Sequence record: MW879341.1
Length of the DNA: 64,000 nucleotides
Strand: one strand, 5' to 3'
Shown piece by piece: positions 18,150-27,230 of this stretch. The notes beneath the pieces were generated by a model. That model did no database searches. It saw only the letters and a list, made by a program, of their open reading frames with translations, and was not told the origin of the DNA. The position numbers were made by a program, and so were the translations under genes. Within the stretch, counting starts at the first letter, position 1. Each line of letters begins with the position of its first letter.

Positions 18150-18174
18150 CTGTTGTTGAGCAGTAAGTGATTTG

Positions 18175-18198
18175 AGGGGAGCTTCGGCTCCCCTTATG
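18175..18198 (+). terminator. intrinsic terminator
   Basis: aggggagc-TTCG-gctcccct followed by TATG. Confidence 0.85.
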
Positions 18199-18218
18199 TC
18201 CCTGTTTCTATTTTTGTA

Positions 18219-19553
18219 GTGGAGTGTAGACAGATGCGAGTAACGGGCATAACGGCCATGATCGATCTGAACGATCTACCTATCGAATACGGTATCTGCC
18301 AAGAGCTGACTGACTTCGATCGTGAGATTGCAGTATTGACATGTTCACCAACCATTGTAAATGACATAGACTCTTCAACTTTAGAGGGAAAGGAGAAGCT
18401 CAATAGTCTACTGATCACGAATTACAAAGGTGATGCTCTACCTATCTTACCAACATGTGACTGCGGTAAATACCAAGGTGAACAGTACGTTGGTACGGTA
18501 TGTGAAGAGTGTAACTTTATGGTTACTTCACCCACTGAGAAACCCATTGAATCGAATGTTTGGATTGCAGCACCAGAAGGCGTACTGGGGTTAATTAACC
18601 CGGCGTTCTGGGCGATGTTCTCTAAACTACTGACAGTGAACAACACCAACATCTTAGAGTGGTGTGTAAACTCCAGTTATCGTGCTCCAGTGGAAAACCT
18701 GCAAGTCTTCGATATCCTGTCCAACTACATCATGCGCGATGGGCAACGATTCAAGCGTGGTCTGAATAATTTCATCGATAACTTCGATGGGATCATTGAA
18801 TTGTTAACTGATGGTAAGACCCTCCGAAACATCGCACCTGCTATGCGCGTTAAGATGCGTGAGTTCTGTGTGATGAACCGTGGGCGTATTTTCTGTCAGT
18901 ATCTACCAATCCCCAACAAGCTGGCAATCGTCATGGAGCATACCCCAACAGGTACATACTCCAACGAAACTGCCGGTGGTACCGCACTGGATGCTGTGCG
19001 TAGTATCGCCAGTATTTATGCAACGGCATTACCCGTAACTGCTACTAAGAAAGAAAACCGCTGCGTATTAGCAACAAAGCAACTAGCGGGCTATTTCTCA
19101 GTACAGTTCACTACCTCGTTAGGTACGAAGAAAGGATGGAACCGTAAACACGGCGTAGGTACACGACAGGACTTTAGTTTCCGTTGTGTTATCGCCAGTA
19201 TCACCGAGCCACACTACTATGAAGAATGTCATCTTCCATGGGGTGTAGCAGTTGGTATCTTTACGGTACACTTGTCTAACTTCTTCCTGAAGCAGGGATT
19301 GGCACCGAATGAGATCGAACGTCGTCTACATTTTGCGGTAACGCATTATGACGAAGAGATCGACGGAATGTTCAAGAAGATCATTGCTGACTCAGATGGA
19401 CTGGGTCCAGCTATCATCCTGAACCGTAACCCAACCCTGTCCAGTAAGTCGATTCAGTTGCTGCAAATCACCAAAGTCAAGACGGATGTCAAAGACGTTA
19501 CTCTTGGTATCTCTGTATTGATTCTTAATAGTTTCAATGCCGACTTTGACGGT
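18219..19553 (+). CDS. non-virion RNAP beta' N-terminal subunit, exon 1 (phiKZ gp55-like)
   Basis: Zn finger CDC...VCEEC, NRNPTL, and NADFDG cut off at the splice site. The start codon is uncertain (18219, 18234 or 18258). Confidence 0.92.
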
Positions 19554-20929
19554 AGAGCGTTGCCGTCGTTAAACGCTTCTAATTGCTGGGAACTCTTGAA
19601 GGTAGCCTAACCACAACGCAATCCGTAAAGGATAATCGTGACGGTTTGAAAATAGGCTATTATGAGACAATCAGCAGCGAAGTCCTTCTTGTATTACCAG
19701 CTGGGTAGGATACTCGGTGAGAGGGATGTGCTCAACGGCCATCGAAAGCACGCAGACGCAATGTCTGTGGAAGCAAGTAGAGTAGGGGAAACCCGAAACG
19801 AAGTGACATGGATGTAAGATATGGTCTAAAGTACGGTGACGTGCGTTGGTGATGTCTGGAAGCATCACCGAAGTCGAAAGACTAAGCTACCAACATGTTC
19901 TATGGAGACACTATGGAGTTAAGAACCATACCCGGTACAGCTGGGTATTCAGCTTCGCGAGACGGTCGGATATTCAACCCTGACGGTATTCAGCGAACTG
20001 AATACACTAACGGGGATGGGTACCTTACCGCATCCGTGAAGTTAACAGATGGTCGATGGCAAACCTTCGGCATACATCGGTTAGTAGCACTAGCATGGAT
20101 AGAATGTCCGGGTAATCCAGACGACTATACCGTCAATCACATCGATACCGATATCACTAATAATGACGTCGATAATCTGGAGTGGGTAACGGCTCAGGTT
20201 AATAACCTACATGCGAGTTTAATGCGGTTAGTTGTGGATAGACCAACAATCTACATGCTCGACGTCGACGGAAGTTATAGCTTCATCGATAACTTGCATA
20301 TGGCAGCACAAGTGTTGTCAGTGGATGTTGGATTGGCTTGGGATATGGTACGTGATGGAATTGAAGTGAATGGGGCTAAGTTATTCCCAATCACTAATCA
20401 CACCGTTCTACCCGACCAACTGAGAAAACCATCAATAGGTAGTGGTGTAGACGCCATACTGGTGGAAGTTCCGGTTAAAGTCAAATCTATCAGCACAGGG
20501 TGCGTTCTGAACTTTAAATCAATGGGAGCGGCAGCAACGCACTTTGGTGTATCTGCTAGCCACATCTATCAGGCAATCTGCAAAGATAGGGTTCGTGTGT
20601 TCAAACGCGACTACGTCGTTGTTAAGTCTGAGGATGAATTCCCAGAAGTGGATGATGCGACAAAAGAGAAAAGTCTGGCAGCTGTGGGTAAGGCTACTTG
20701 GGGATGGAACAGTGTCAGTAAAGTACTGTATGTAACCGATAGCGCTAGCCAACTTATAAAGCTAACTGGCCTCAGTAAGAAAGCGGTAACAACGCGACTC
20801 AAACGCGACGGTTATGGCGAATTGGGTGATTGGATATTTTCATATGAAGATCAGTCCAGTCGAATCTTAGAAAGAATAAAGGGTTCCAGCCCTTCTTGAT
20901 AATGAACAATGTTGGTAGTACATATTCAG
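19554..20929 (+). mobile_element. group I self-splicing intron carrying a homing endonuclease
   Basis: P1: exon GACGGU pairs with GCCGUC (19562-67), with a U-G pair at the splice site. P10: agagcgtt (19554-61) pairs with exon 2 gacgctct. Core elements aattgctgggaa (19581), aatcagcag (19669), P7 ggccat/atggtc and aagatatggtc (19816). Terminal G at 20929. Splicing restores NADFDG|D. Confidence 0.92.
19913..20899 (+). CDS. intron-encoded HNH homing endonuclease (NUMOD4-HNH with C-terminal HTH repeats, I-HmuI-like)
   Basis: IHRLVALAW, VNHIDTDITNNDVDNLEWVT...NNLH. GGAG SD favours ATG 19913 over 19895. Confidence 0.9.
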   Translation: MELRTIPGTAGYSASRDGRIFNPDGIQRTEYTNGDGYLTASVKLTDGRWQTFGIHRLVALAWIECPGNPDDYTVNHIDTDITNNDVDNLEWVTAQVNNLHASLMRLVVDRPTIYMLDVDGSYSFIDNLHMAAQVLSVDVGLAWDMVRDGIEVNGAKLFPITNHTVLPDQLRKPSIGSGVDAILVEVPVKVKSISTGCVLNFKSMGAAATHFGVSASHIYQAICKDRVRVFKRDYVVVKSEDEFPEVDDATKEKSLAAVGKATWGWNSVSKVLYVTDSASQLIKLTGLSKKAVTTRLKRDGYGELGDWIFSYEDQSSRILERIKGSSPS

Positions 20930-21103
20930 GACGCTCTCAATGCGAAACTGATTACTGACCGGTACATGCGTCGTATGTTGGAACCACTCCGTCCACACGT
21001 AGGTGTATTGGATGTAGGTGGTCCGCGTAAGATCTCAGGCAACATCGCATTGCCAGCACCAGTATTAGCAACAGCTGCTAACTGGTTGTACGGCGACGAC
21101 TAA
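20930..21103 (+). CDS. nvRNAP beta' N-terminal subunit, exon 2 (phiKZ gp56.1-like)
   Basis: DALNAKL...NWLYGDD* supplies the third catalytic Asp after splicing. Confidence 0.9.
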   Translation, partial: DALNAKLITDRYMRRMLEPLRPHVGVLDVGGPRKISGNIALPAPVLATAANWLYGDD

Positions 21104-21108
21104 AACTC

Positions 21109-21137
21109 AGGCAGGAGGAAACTCCTGCCTTTTATGC
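21109..21137 (+). terminator. intrinsic terminator
   Basis: aggcaggag-GAAA-ctcctgcct followed by TTTATG. Confidence 0.85.
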
Positions 21138-21153
21138 GCTAAGGAATGAAAGA

Positions 21154-21507
21154 ATGGGAAATGTGGACGGGTTACCTATCGTGACGTATAACTTAGGGTT
21201 ACTTCACAAGGTGCGTGATTGGATGGTGGGGACCAACGCCGTGCGCCTGAATACTATCGATGTACAAAGTAGTGACAGCGTACCCGCTGGTGAAAGTAAT
21301 ATCTTCGAGACTGGTCTGCGTGCCTTTGACAGCGAGTCGTTTCTTGATATTGAGAACATTATCAAAGCCTTCAATCACCCACACGTAGATGATCACGTTT
21401 GCCATGTGCATGTGGATCGCATTTACATGGTCCAAGATGTTCTGGGTATTCGCATCCATGTGCGTAGTATCGTACATTACGTCCCAAAAACAAAAACTAA
21501 GGAATAA
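21154..21507 (+). CDS. hypothetical protein
   Basis: AAGGA upstream; 117 aa. Confidence 0.6.
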   Translation: MGNVDGLPIVTYNLGLLHKVRDWMVGTNAVRLNTIDVQSSDSVPAGESNIFETGLRAFDSESFLDIENIIKAFNHPHVDDHVCHVHVDRIYMVQDVLGIRIHVRSIVHYVPKTKTKE

Positions 21508-21512
21508 AAGAA

Positions 21513-21791
21513 ATGGCATTAGTAAACATCCCCTACCTCCGTGACAACCTGAGTGCGTTAGTGCGTGCTCCGGTAGTAGCTATCACCGCTAACTCTCGCG
21601 ATGCTCGTGGTCTGCGTCCAATTGCTGCAATCACCAAAGTCGTAGACGTTTTCAAAGAAGACCAAGTTGAAGACCTGGTAGAAGAAGTATTAGAAGAAGC
21701 AGCACACTTCGAGACTGATGTGTGGGTAGGTGAGATCAATTACCGCATGGTAGCTGGTCGGGTTCTCATTCTGGTTATCCTCTTCGAATAA
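21513..21791 (+). CDS. hypothetical protein
   Basis: AAGGA SD; high-expression codons. Confidence 0.7.
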   Translation: MALVNIPYLRDNLSALVRAPVVAITANSRDARGLRPIAAITKVVDVFKEDQVEDLVEEVLEEAAHFETDVWVGEINYRMVAGRVLILVILFE

Positions 21792-21800
21792 GGTAAAGTT

Positions 21801-22415
21801 ATGCTGAACGATTTAGTATTACGCAATTTCCGCAGTCAGGTACGTATTGCCATCAAAGAAGGTTGGCCACTACCTGCCAGGGAAAACGAATTCTTATCGC
21901 CGTGCTCAACGCTCAAGACGTACACCCAGTTTGGTAAAGAGTTGTCCCCAGAGTTTATCGACGACATTATCGCCAACGTCGAAGCTCTACCAGCTAAACT
22001 CCCACGCTTTGCAAATAGCGAAGTGACGAACGTCTTGGCACACACCAAACGCGATGGTGTGGAAGTTGTGGTCATTCTTCGTGTGGACGCCATGGTTGAG
22101 CCTGAGCATCATACGGAATTCTCACGCTGGCGTGATTTCTATGCGGAACGCTGGATTCTGGGGCAAGACATTACATTCAAACAGCGTACCATGCGTTTCG
22201 GCGAATGTGTCATCTCTCCTCGTGAATTAGTGTATCGGGAAGCTGATACCATCGAGGAAGCCTTCGACCTACTTCGCACCACAGTCACTGTGATGTCTGA
22301 CGACGCAGGTGAATCTGAAGAGTGGGTGCCGATTGAGTTCGGTGTGTTGAAAACTGCAACCGGTTTCCGTGCTACGTGTCTGGTATTCTTAGACGATACC
22401 GCAGAGGGTGAATAA
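21801..22415 (+). CDS. hypothetical protein
   Basis: AAGGT SD; 204 aa. Confidence 0.7.
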   Translation: MLNDLVLRNFRSQVRIAIKEGWPLPARENEFLSPCSTLKTYTQFGKELSPEFIDDIIANVEALPAKLPRFANSEVTNVLAHTKRDGVEVVVILRVDAMVEPEHHTEFSRWRDFYAERWILGQDITFKQRTMRFGECVISPRELVYREADTIEEAFDLLRTTVTVMSDDAGESEEWVPIEFGVLKTATGFRATCLVFLDDTAEGE

Positions 22416-22417
22416 CG

Positions 22418-22735
22418 ATGGCTTACAACTTTAAACTGCTTGAAGTTTTAGAAGACCTGGCGTTTGAATCAGGTCGCATTAAAACCCGGGTCAGTCTGGA
22501 CATCACAGCCTCCTCAGAAGAGGACATGCCGTCGGATGCTCCGAAGGCGTTTTCCTATAAGTGTGCCCTGCCGGTATTCGGTCTAGATCAGATTAACTTC
22601 CTGAAGCGCAGTGTGCGTAGTTTGGGTGACGAGTATCCTGACCAGTCCGTACATTTCGGCGTATCGCGCGTTGCAGTGAAATACAACGCAGAAGACATTG
22701 ACGTAGTAGTAGAGGTAGTGAAATGGAAAGCGTAA
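22418..22735 (+). CDS. hypothetical protein
   Basis: Closely coupled ORF. Confidence 0.7.
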   Translation: MAYNFKLLEVLEDLAFESGRIKTRVSLDITASSEEDMPSDAPKAFSYKCALPVFGLDQINFLKRSVRSLGDEYPDQSVHFGVSRVAVKYNAEDIDVVVEVVKWKA

Positions 22736-23052
22736 ACGAACAACCTATTGTACCACCAATCATCGACCTGGATGTGCTGCATAGCGCAGCTGTTGGTTTT
22801 ATGCATGCCTGGGATAGCGGTAAACCAGTTACTTACGGTACTGGCAATAACATCGATGATAAATTCGCCACCTTTGTGGGTAGCCGTACGGTCACCACTA
22901 AAGAGTTCAATCGTGATTCGTTTGTCTTCTTAGGTGAGGATTTGAAAGAACACCTCACTGAACCTGGTGCCTACTACTTCATCAGTTACGTCGGTGTGGA
23001 CGTCTCTCGTGACGGCTTCATTATTAAAGCGTCGATCTACAAAAAGCGGTAG
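22723..23052 (+). CDS. hypothetical protein
   Basis: GAGGT SD; overlap-coupled. Confidence 0.7.
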   Translation: MESVNEQPIVPPIIDLDVLHSAAVGFMHAWDSGKPVTYGTGNNIDDKFATFVGSRTVTTKEFNRDSFVFLGEDLKEHLTEPGAYYFISYVGVDVSRDGFIIKASIYKKR

Positions 23053-23101
23053 AGTATTAAAGTACAACGCGCTCCAATACTGTAGCTGAATGAACAACTC
23101 C

Positions 23102-23116
23102 TTAGGTATATATTAC
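23102..23116 (+). promoter_or_regulatory. early promoter inside an 11-bp inverted repeat
   Basis: ttaggtatatattac, flanked by actccttaggt/acctgaggagt. Confidence 0.65.
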
Positions 23117-23145
23117 TTACCTGAGGAGTAAAAGGAGTGTAGAAA

Positions 23146-23484
23146 ATGTTAGCAGTAATGAATATGGCGTCAATCAATGAGAAGTTTCAATCCATCGATA
23201 GCGCAAAGTTGACGTTACCAGCAGGGAGTGAAGTTGGGTACCTGGTGGAACATCAAGAGTCAGACCTACCCGCTATTGCCAACCCAGCTGACGGTAGTAT
23301 TACTATCGAAGAGGTTCCGGGTCGTGGCATTATCGCAGGGACCAGTTTTACAGAGCTGGCCGGTGGGTTGCTGAATACAATGCAGTATTTCGCAGGTCTG
23401 TACACAGCCATGATTCTCGTAGAGGTCGTGCTGAAAGGTCAGATCGGTGGTGTATACGCAACTTACAAATTTAAGGCGGTATAA
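23146..23484 (+). CDS. hypothetical early protein
   Basis: AAGGAG SD. Confidence 0.7.
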   Translation: MLAVMNMASINEKFQSIDSAKLTLPAGSEVGYLVEHQESDLPAIANPADGSITIEEVPGRGIIAGTSFTELAGGLLNTMQYFAGLYTAMILVEVVLKGQIGGVYATYKFKAV

Positions 23485-24107
23485 TGGCAAATTTCGTAGA
23501 AGGAGGCGGCGCAGCCTTTGACTATATGGTGTATGGTGAACGTGACCGTGGTGTGATGGGGTATTTGCAAAACCTCAATAGCCAGGTGATGACTCACTTA
23601 GGCACTGAAGCAAGAGCGATTGCCGAGAATCTACAGAACAGTGTAGAGAAGATGTACAACAGTGAGTCGATGCGTCTGGCTCGTGCTGCGGTTCGTATGG
23701 TGGCCAATGCGTATGGCATGAATGTGATCTATCCGATGACTAACATCGGAGAACTCCAACATGCACCAGATGTCATGATTCCGTTGATTATGGCTCAGCC
23801 CGGTATTCGTGAGAGTTTCCATAAACAGCAGTGTGAAGGTTATGGTGATCGTTACTATGACTTCCAGCCTGGTGTTGTGGGTGAAGACCATCACGATTAT
23901 CAGCGCGTCACTGATGGTATCTTCCTTGAGTCTGAGGATGATCCAGAAGCATGTGTGGCTACGTCGTATCTGCATCTGGATGAAGAGGACCAGCTGGACC
24001 ACGATCAGCAAGACGGTATCATCTATATCACCTGGGAGCAAGTTAAGATTGCCCAGGCTAAAGGTGTCGAAGATCCGACTTCTCAGTTCAACGGTACACT
24101 TGGTTAA
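23484..24107 (+). CDS. conserved phiKZ-like core protein
   Basis: 207 aa in the conserved block upstream of the SbcD-like gene. Confidence 0.7.
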   Translation: MANFVEGGGAAFDYMVYGERDRGVMGYLQNLNSQVMTHLGTEARAIAENLQNSVEKMYNSESMRLARAAVRMVANAYGMNVIYPMTNIGELQHAPDVMIPLIMAQPGIRESFHKQQCEGYGDRYYDFQPGVVGEDHHDYQRVTDGIFLESEDDPEACVATSYLHLDEEDQLDHDQQDGIIYITWEQVKIAQAKGVEDPTSQFNGTLG

Positions 24108-24113
24108 ACAACT

Positions 24114-24140
24114 CCCACTCACCCTAATCGGTGAGTGGGG
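24114..24140 (+). terminator. hairpin terminator
   Basis: cccactcac/gtgagtggg stem followed by a T-rich tract. Confidence 0.7.
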
Positions 24141-24222
24141 TTACTTTAGACTTTTCTTTTTTACATGCTCGGTCAATATTCTGTCGTAATTGTATGGAAC
24201 CCACCCTTTTGGAGTCGTCGTA

Positions 24223-24624
24223 ATGGAAAGACCCTACCCTAGTCTCAGCACGAAAGGCTGGCTAGAAGATGTACCGGGTGTGTTGGATGCAGTTATGACT
24301 AACTTCTTCCTGACACATCCCTCACTTAGCGTTGAGTTCAAAAACGCTATCTATTCGTTACCCGACCTTATCCAGAAGTACGGTAACAATGAGACTGATA
24401 TCAAGCGTGAAGTCCGTGATGCTATGGAAACACTCTTCAGTCGTTGGTTTGATAAGGTGACAGCAGAATGTAGCGTCACGTACCCAGACCCCGACGATGA
24501 TATCAGGATGAATGTGTCTGTGTATCTCACCATAGACCATAAAGGCGAAACGTATAACGTGGCCCGTGAGTTATCAATGTCCGGGTCTAAGCTAATGAAG
24601 GTCATGGAGATTAATAATGGCTAA
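24223..24624 (+). CDS. conserved phiKZ-like core protein (possibly gp25/baseplate-wedge-like fold)
   Basis: GGAG SD before ATG 24223. The fold guess comes from the alpha-beta pattern only. Confidence 0.55.
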   Translation: MERPYPSLSTKGWLEDVPGVLDAVMTNFFLTHPSLSVEFKNAIYSLPDLIQKYGNNETDIKREVRDAMETLFSRWFDKVTAECSVTYPDPDDDIRMNVSVYLTIDHKGETYNVARELSMSGSKLMKVMEINNG

Positions 24625-25210
24625 GAAACCAGCCGACATGGTGGTCGATAAACAAACGATGGATGCATTGAAGTTCATCGTGGAAGAGACCAAAAAGGAT
24701 ATTCCTCAGATTGGGTATGATCTGTTTGTTCGTGATTACCTCCCACTGTTGGCAGCCCCACCTGAAAGAAACTCAGCGGGTGATATCGTACCGCGCAATC
24801 TGTCATTGTGGATGGAAATCTGTAAGCACGCCTCTAACTCAGTTCAAGTATTGAACCGGGATGGTACAGTGCGCTTCACAGTACCGCCATTGGTAGGTAC
24901 GATTCCAACGTACTACCCGATGCCCCGCACTGGCTTAGCGGCAATTGCCACCGAAGCTCAGTTTAAGAACAGCCAACATCCTGTATTAGGTGAGCGGTTC
25001 CTAAACAACGCCTTGTCCACGTCATTAACGGACCAAGCTCTTGCTAACAAAGCACAGACACTGGAATGGAATAACGTTCTGGTTGAACACGGCTATGAAC
25101 CACTTCCTGGTTACGGCACCTCCATAGTAAAAGCGGGGGAGTCTGTAGCTGCACCAGCGCCGCAAGAACCTCAGCGCGTTATTACGGACGACGATTACGA
25201 TGACCTGTAG
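24617..25210 (+). CDS. conserved phiKZ-like core protein with acidic tail
   Basis: GGAG SD; FTVPPL motif. Confidence 0.7.
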   Translation: MAKKPADMVVDKQTMDALKFIVEETKKDIPQIGYDLFVRDYLPLLAAPPERNSAGDIVPRNLSLWMEICKHASNSVQVLNRDGTVRFTVPPLVGTIPTYYPMPRTGLAAIATEAQFKNSQHPVLGERFLNNALSTSLTDQALANKAQTLEWNNVLVEHGYEPLPGYGTSIVKAGESVAAPAPQEPQRVITDDDYDDL

Positions 25211-26363
25211 ATTCACAAACACCAAAAACCCAAACTACCTGAACATTGCAGAGTTTGCTGATGTTCACTTAGGTCACAATAGAACCACGGCTGAGCACGT
25301 CATTACGTCGATGCATCATGCCCTACCCGATAACCCAGAGACCGCTGCTTTAGACATGATCGTCTACGCGGGTGACGTATTCGACAGACTGATTACGTTG
25401 CCCACGAAAGACGTAGTGACTGAGATCGAAATCTGGGGTATTGATTATCTCAAGCTGTGTAAGAAACATGACATTGTGACTGTTATTGTAGAGGGCACTC
25501 CTCGACATGACCGTAAACAGTGTTACCTGTTCGAGCACCTGAATGATCTTTACAACATCGGTGCTGAGATACTCTATGTTCAGAGGCTATCGGTTGTTAA
25601 GCTGGATAAATTCAACCTGAGCATTCTGTTTGTACCAGACGAATGGCATCCTGATCATCAGGAGACTTATCGTCAAGCAGTACAGGCTATCGCTCAGGCG
25701 GGTATAGACAAGCCGGACATTGCAGTCATGCACGGTGCGTTCGATTTCCAGTTCCCAGCTAACCTCGATATCCCAACCCACGACTCAGACCTGTACTTAC
25801 AGTTAGTGCGTGAATGGATCTTCATTGGTCACGTACACGTACATTCTCGTAAGGAACGTATTCTGGTCTCTGGGTCACTGGACAGACTGACGTTTGGGGA
25901 AGAAGCACCTAAAGGGCACATGCGCGTTAAATGTCGCGGTAATGGTCCAGACGGTGACGAAGTGGTGTTTGTGGAAAACCCGTTGGCGTTGCGTTACGAC
26001 ACGATTGACGTTGAAGGGTTAACGATTGAACAGGCCGTAGAAGATATCCGTGCTAAAGAGATGCCAAAGGGTTCTAACTTACGTTTACTCTGTGCTAAGA
26101 CAGATCCGTCGTTTTTCGCAGAGAAGCAACTCCAGGCATCTTTCCCTAACTTCCGTATCGTAGTTTCTGCTAAGAAGGTAAAAGCTGCTGTAAGTACGCA
26201 AGTCGACCCACTGACACCGCGTCGTCGTGTTACACCAGTGGATATCTCACCAAGCAACGTCAAACGTTTGATGGCTGCCCGTTTAGCTGAACGCGATCTG
26301 TTACCCGACTCACACGCCACTGAGCGTGTGCTGACGCTAATGGACGGTGTAATCAATGGATAA
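25200..26363 (+). CDS. SbcD/Mre11-like metallophosphoesterase nuclease (phiKZ gp65-like)
   Basis: DVHLG, AGDVFD, GTPRHD, MHG and GHVH metal-binding motifs. Confidence 0.9.
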   Translation: MTCRFTNTKNPNYLNIAEFADVHLGHNRTTAEHVITSMHHALPDNPETAALDMIVYAGDVFDRLITLPTKDVVTEIEIWGIDYLKLCKKHDIVTVIVEGTPRHDRKQCYLFEHLNDLYNIGAEILYVQRLSVVKLDKFNLSILFVPDEWHPDHQETYRQAVQAIAQAGIDKPDIAVMHGAFDFQFPANLDIPTHDSDLYLQLVREWIFIGHVHVHSRKERILVSGSLDRLTFGEEAPKGHMRVKCRGNGPDGDEVVFVENPLALRYDTIDVEGLTIEQAVEDIRAKEMPKGSNLRLLCAKTDPSFFAEKQLQASFPNFRIVVSAKKVKAAVSTQVDPLTPRRRVTPVDISPSNVKRLMAARLAERDLLPDSHATERVLTLMDGVING

Positions 26364-27171
26364 CATCCAATATGCTTTGGAGCGTGAGACGGGCGAACTG
26401 CCCGTCTCTATCGGAACGGCGTTGGCCTTTGAACCTGTGTTTATCGCTAAGACATTGGCCCACTACGACATCGTACTGATTAACATCCGAACGATTATCC
26501 GAAACTACTACGCGAGTGTTGCTTCTGCTCGCGTGGATAGTGTGAATCACTCTGCCGCTGCTTACGTGATAGCGGAAGAACTACGCACACTGAGTGAACA
26601 CTTCACCAATGTTACGCCAATCATCTATTATTCCGAGTACGAAGACTTGGGTAAGTATTTACCGGGTTGTCTCGTGAAGACCGACTTTACGGAGAAAGCA
26701 CTGGTTGCTAGAGACCGGGAAGCGCACACGTTGAACTGTTTAGTTACAGAACAGCAAGTCGCTATCCGTGGTTTCAAAGAATGCGCTTTAACCTTTAAAG
26801 AGAAAGGGCGAGCCTTGCTATTTTCCCACATCGCCGTGGACCTGTTACTACGTTATAACTTTACGAAATTTGAACTTCTCGAATCGTATACAGCTGCTAT
26901 CAAACAACGCGAACAATGGAACTCTAAACTTACCAACGGTAAGGCTCTGACACGTATGCCGTTTAATCGGTTCACATTGACACTCTACGGAGATAATGGA
27001 TTGTTGTTGAGACCACAACTAATCCAACTTCGTCGTGCGTTGATGTTGTTGTCTGAGGAACAGGGATGGACCACGGTTACCACGATGGATAAGATAAAGG
27101 CTGACATTCAGAAGATCCCTAACGTAGAATACCGCACGTTGCTGGCAGGGTTGGCTCGACCGTATCTGTAA
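26356..27171 (+). CDS. conserved core protein (phiKZ gp66-like), possible PIN/FEN-like fold
   Basis: Position, plus LPVSIGTALA and NIRTIIRN motifs. Confidence 0.6.
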   Translation: MDNIQYALERETGELPVSIGTALAFEPVFIAKTLAHYDIVLINIRTIIRNYYASVASARVDSVNHSAAAYVIAEELRTLSEHFTNVTPIIYYSEYEDLGKYLPGCLVKTDFTEKALVARDREAHTLNCLVTEQQVAIRGFKECALTFKEKGRALLFSHIAVDLLLRYNFTKFELLESYTAAIKQREQWNSKLTNGKALTRMPFNRFTLTLYGDNGLLLRPQLIQLRRALMLLSEEQGWTTVTTMDKIKADIQKIPNVEYRTLLAGLARPYL

Positions 27172-27230
27172 AAAATCACATGACGGGTCTATGATATAGA
27201 CAAAGTATGGGCCCAAAACCGGAGTGGAAA

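Noticed and set aside
19554-19610. C-terminal RALPSLNASNCWELLKVA of the track's 463-aa ORF
   Set aside because: This is read-through into the intron and is not part of the spliced protein.
19671-19868. 65-aa minus-strand ORF
   Set aside because: It lies over the intron catalytic core (P4-P9), so it is a shadow ORF.
20909-21103. Stand-alone 64-aa gene
   Set aside because: Its first seven codons are intron sequence (P9 stem and terminal G). The rest is exon 2 of the RNAP gene.
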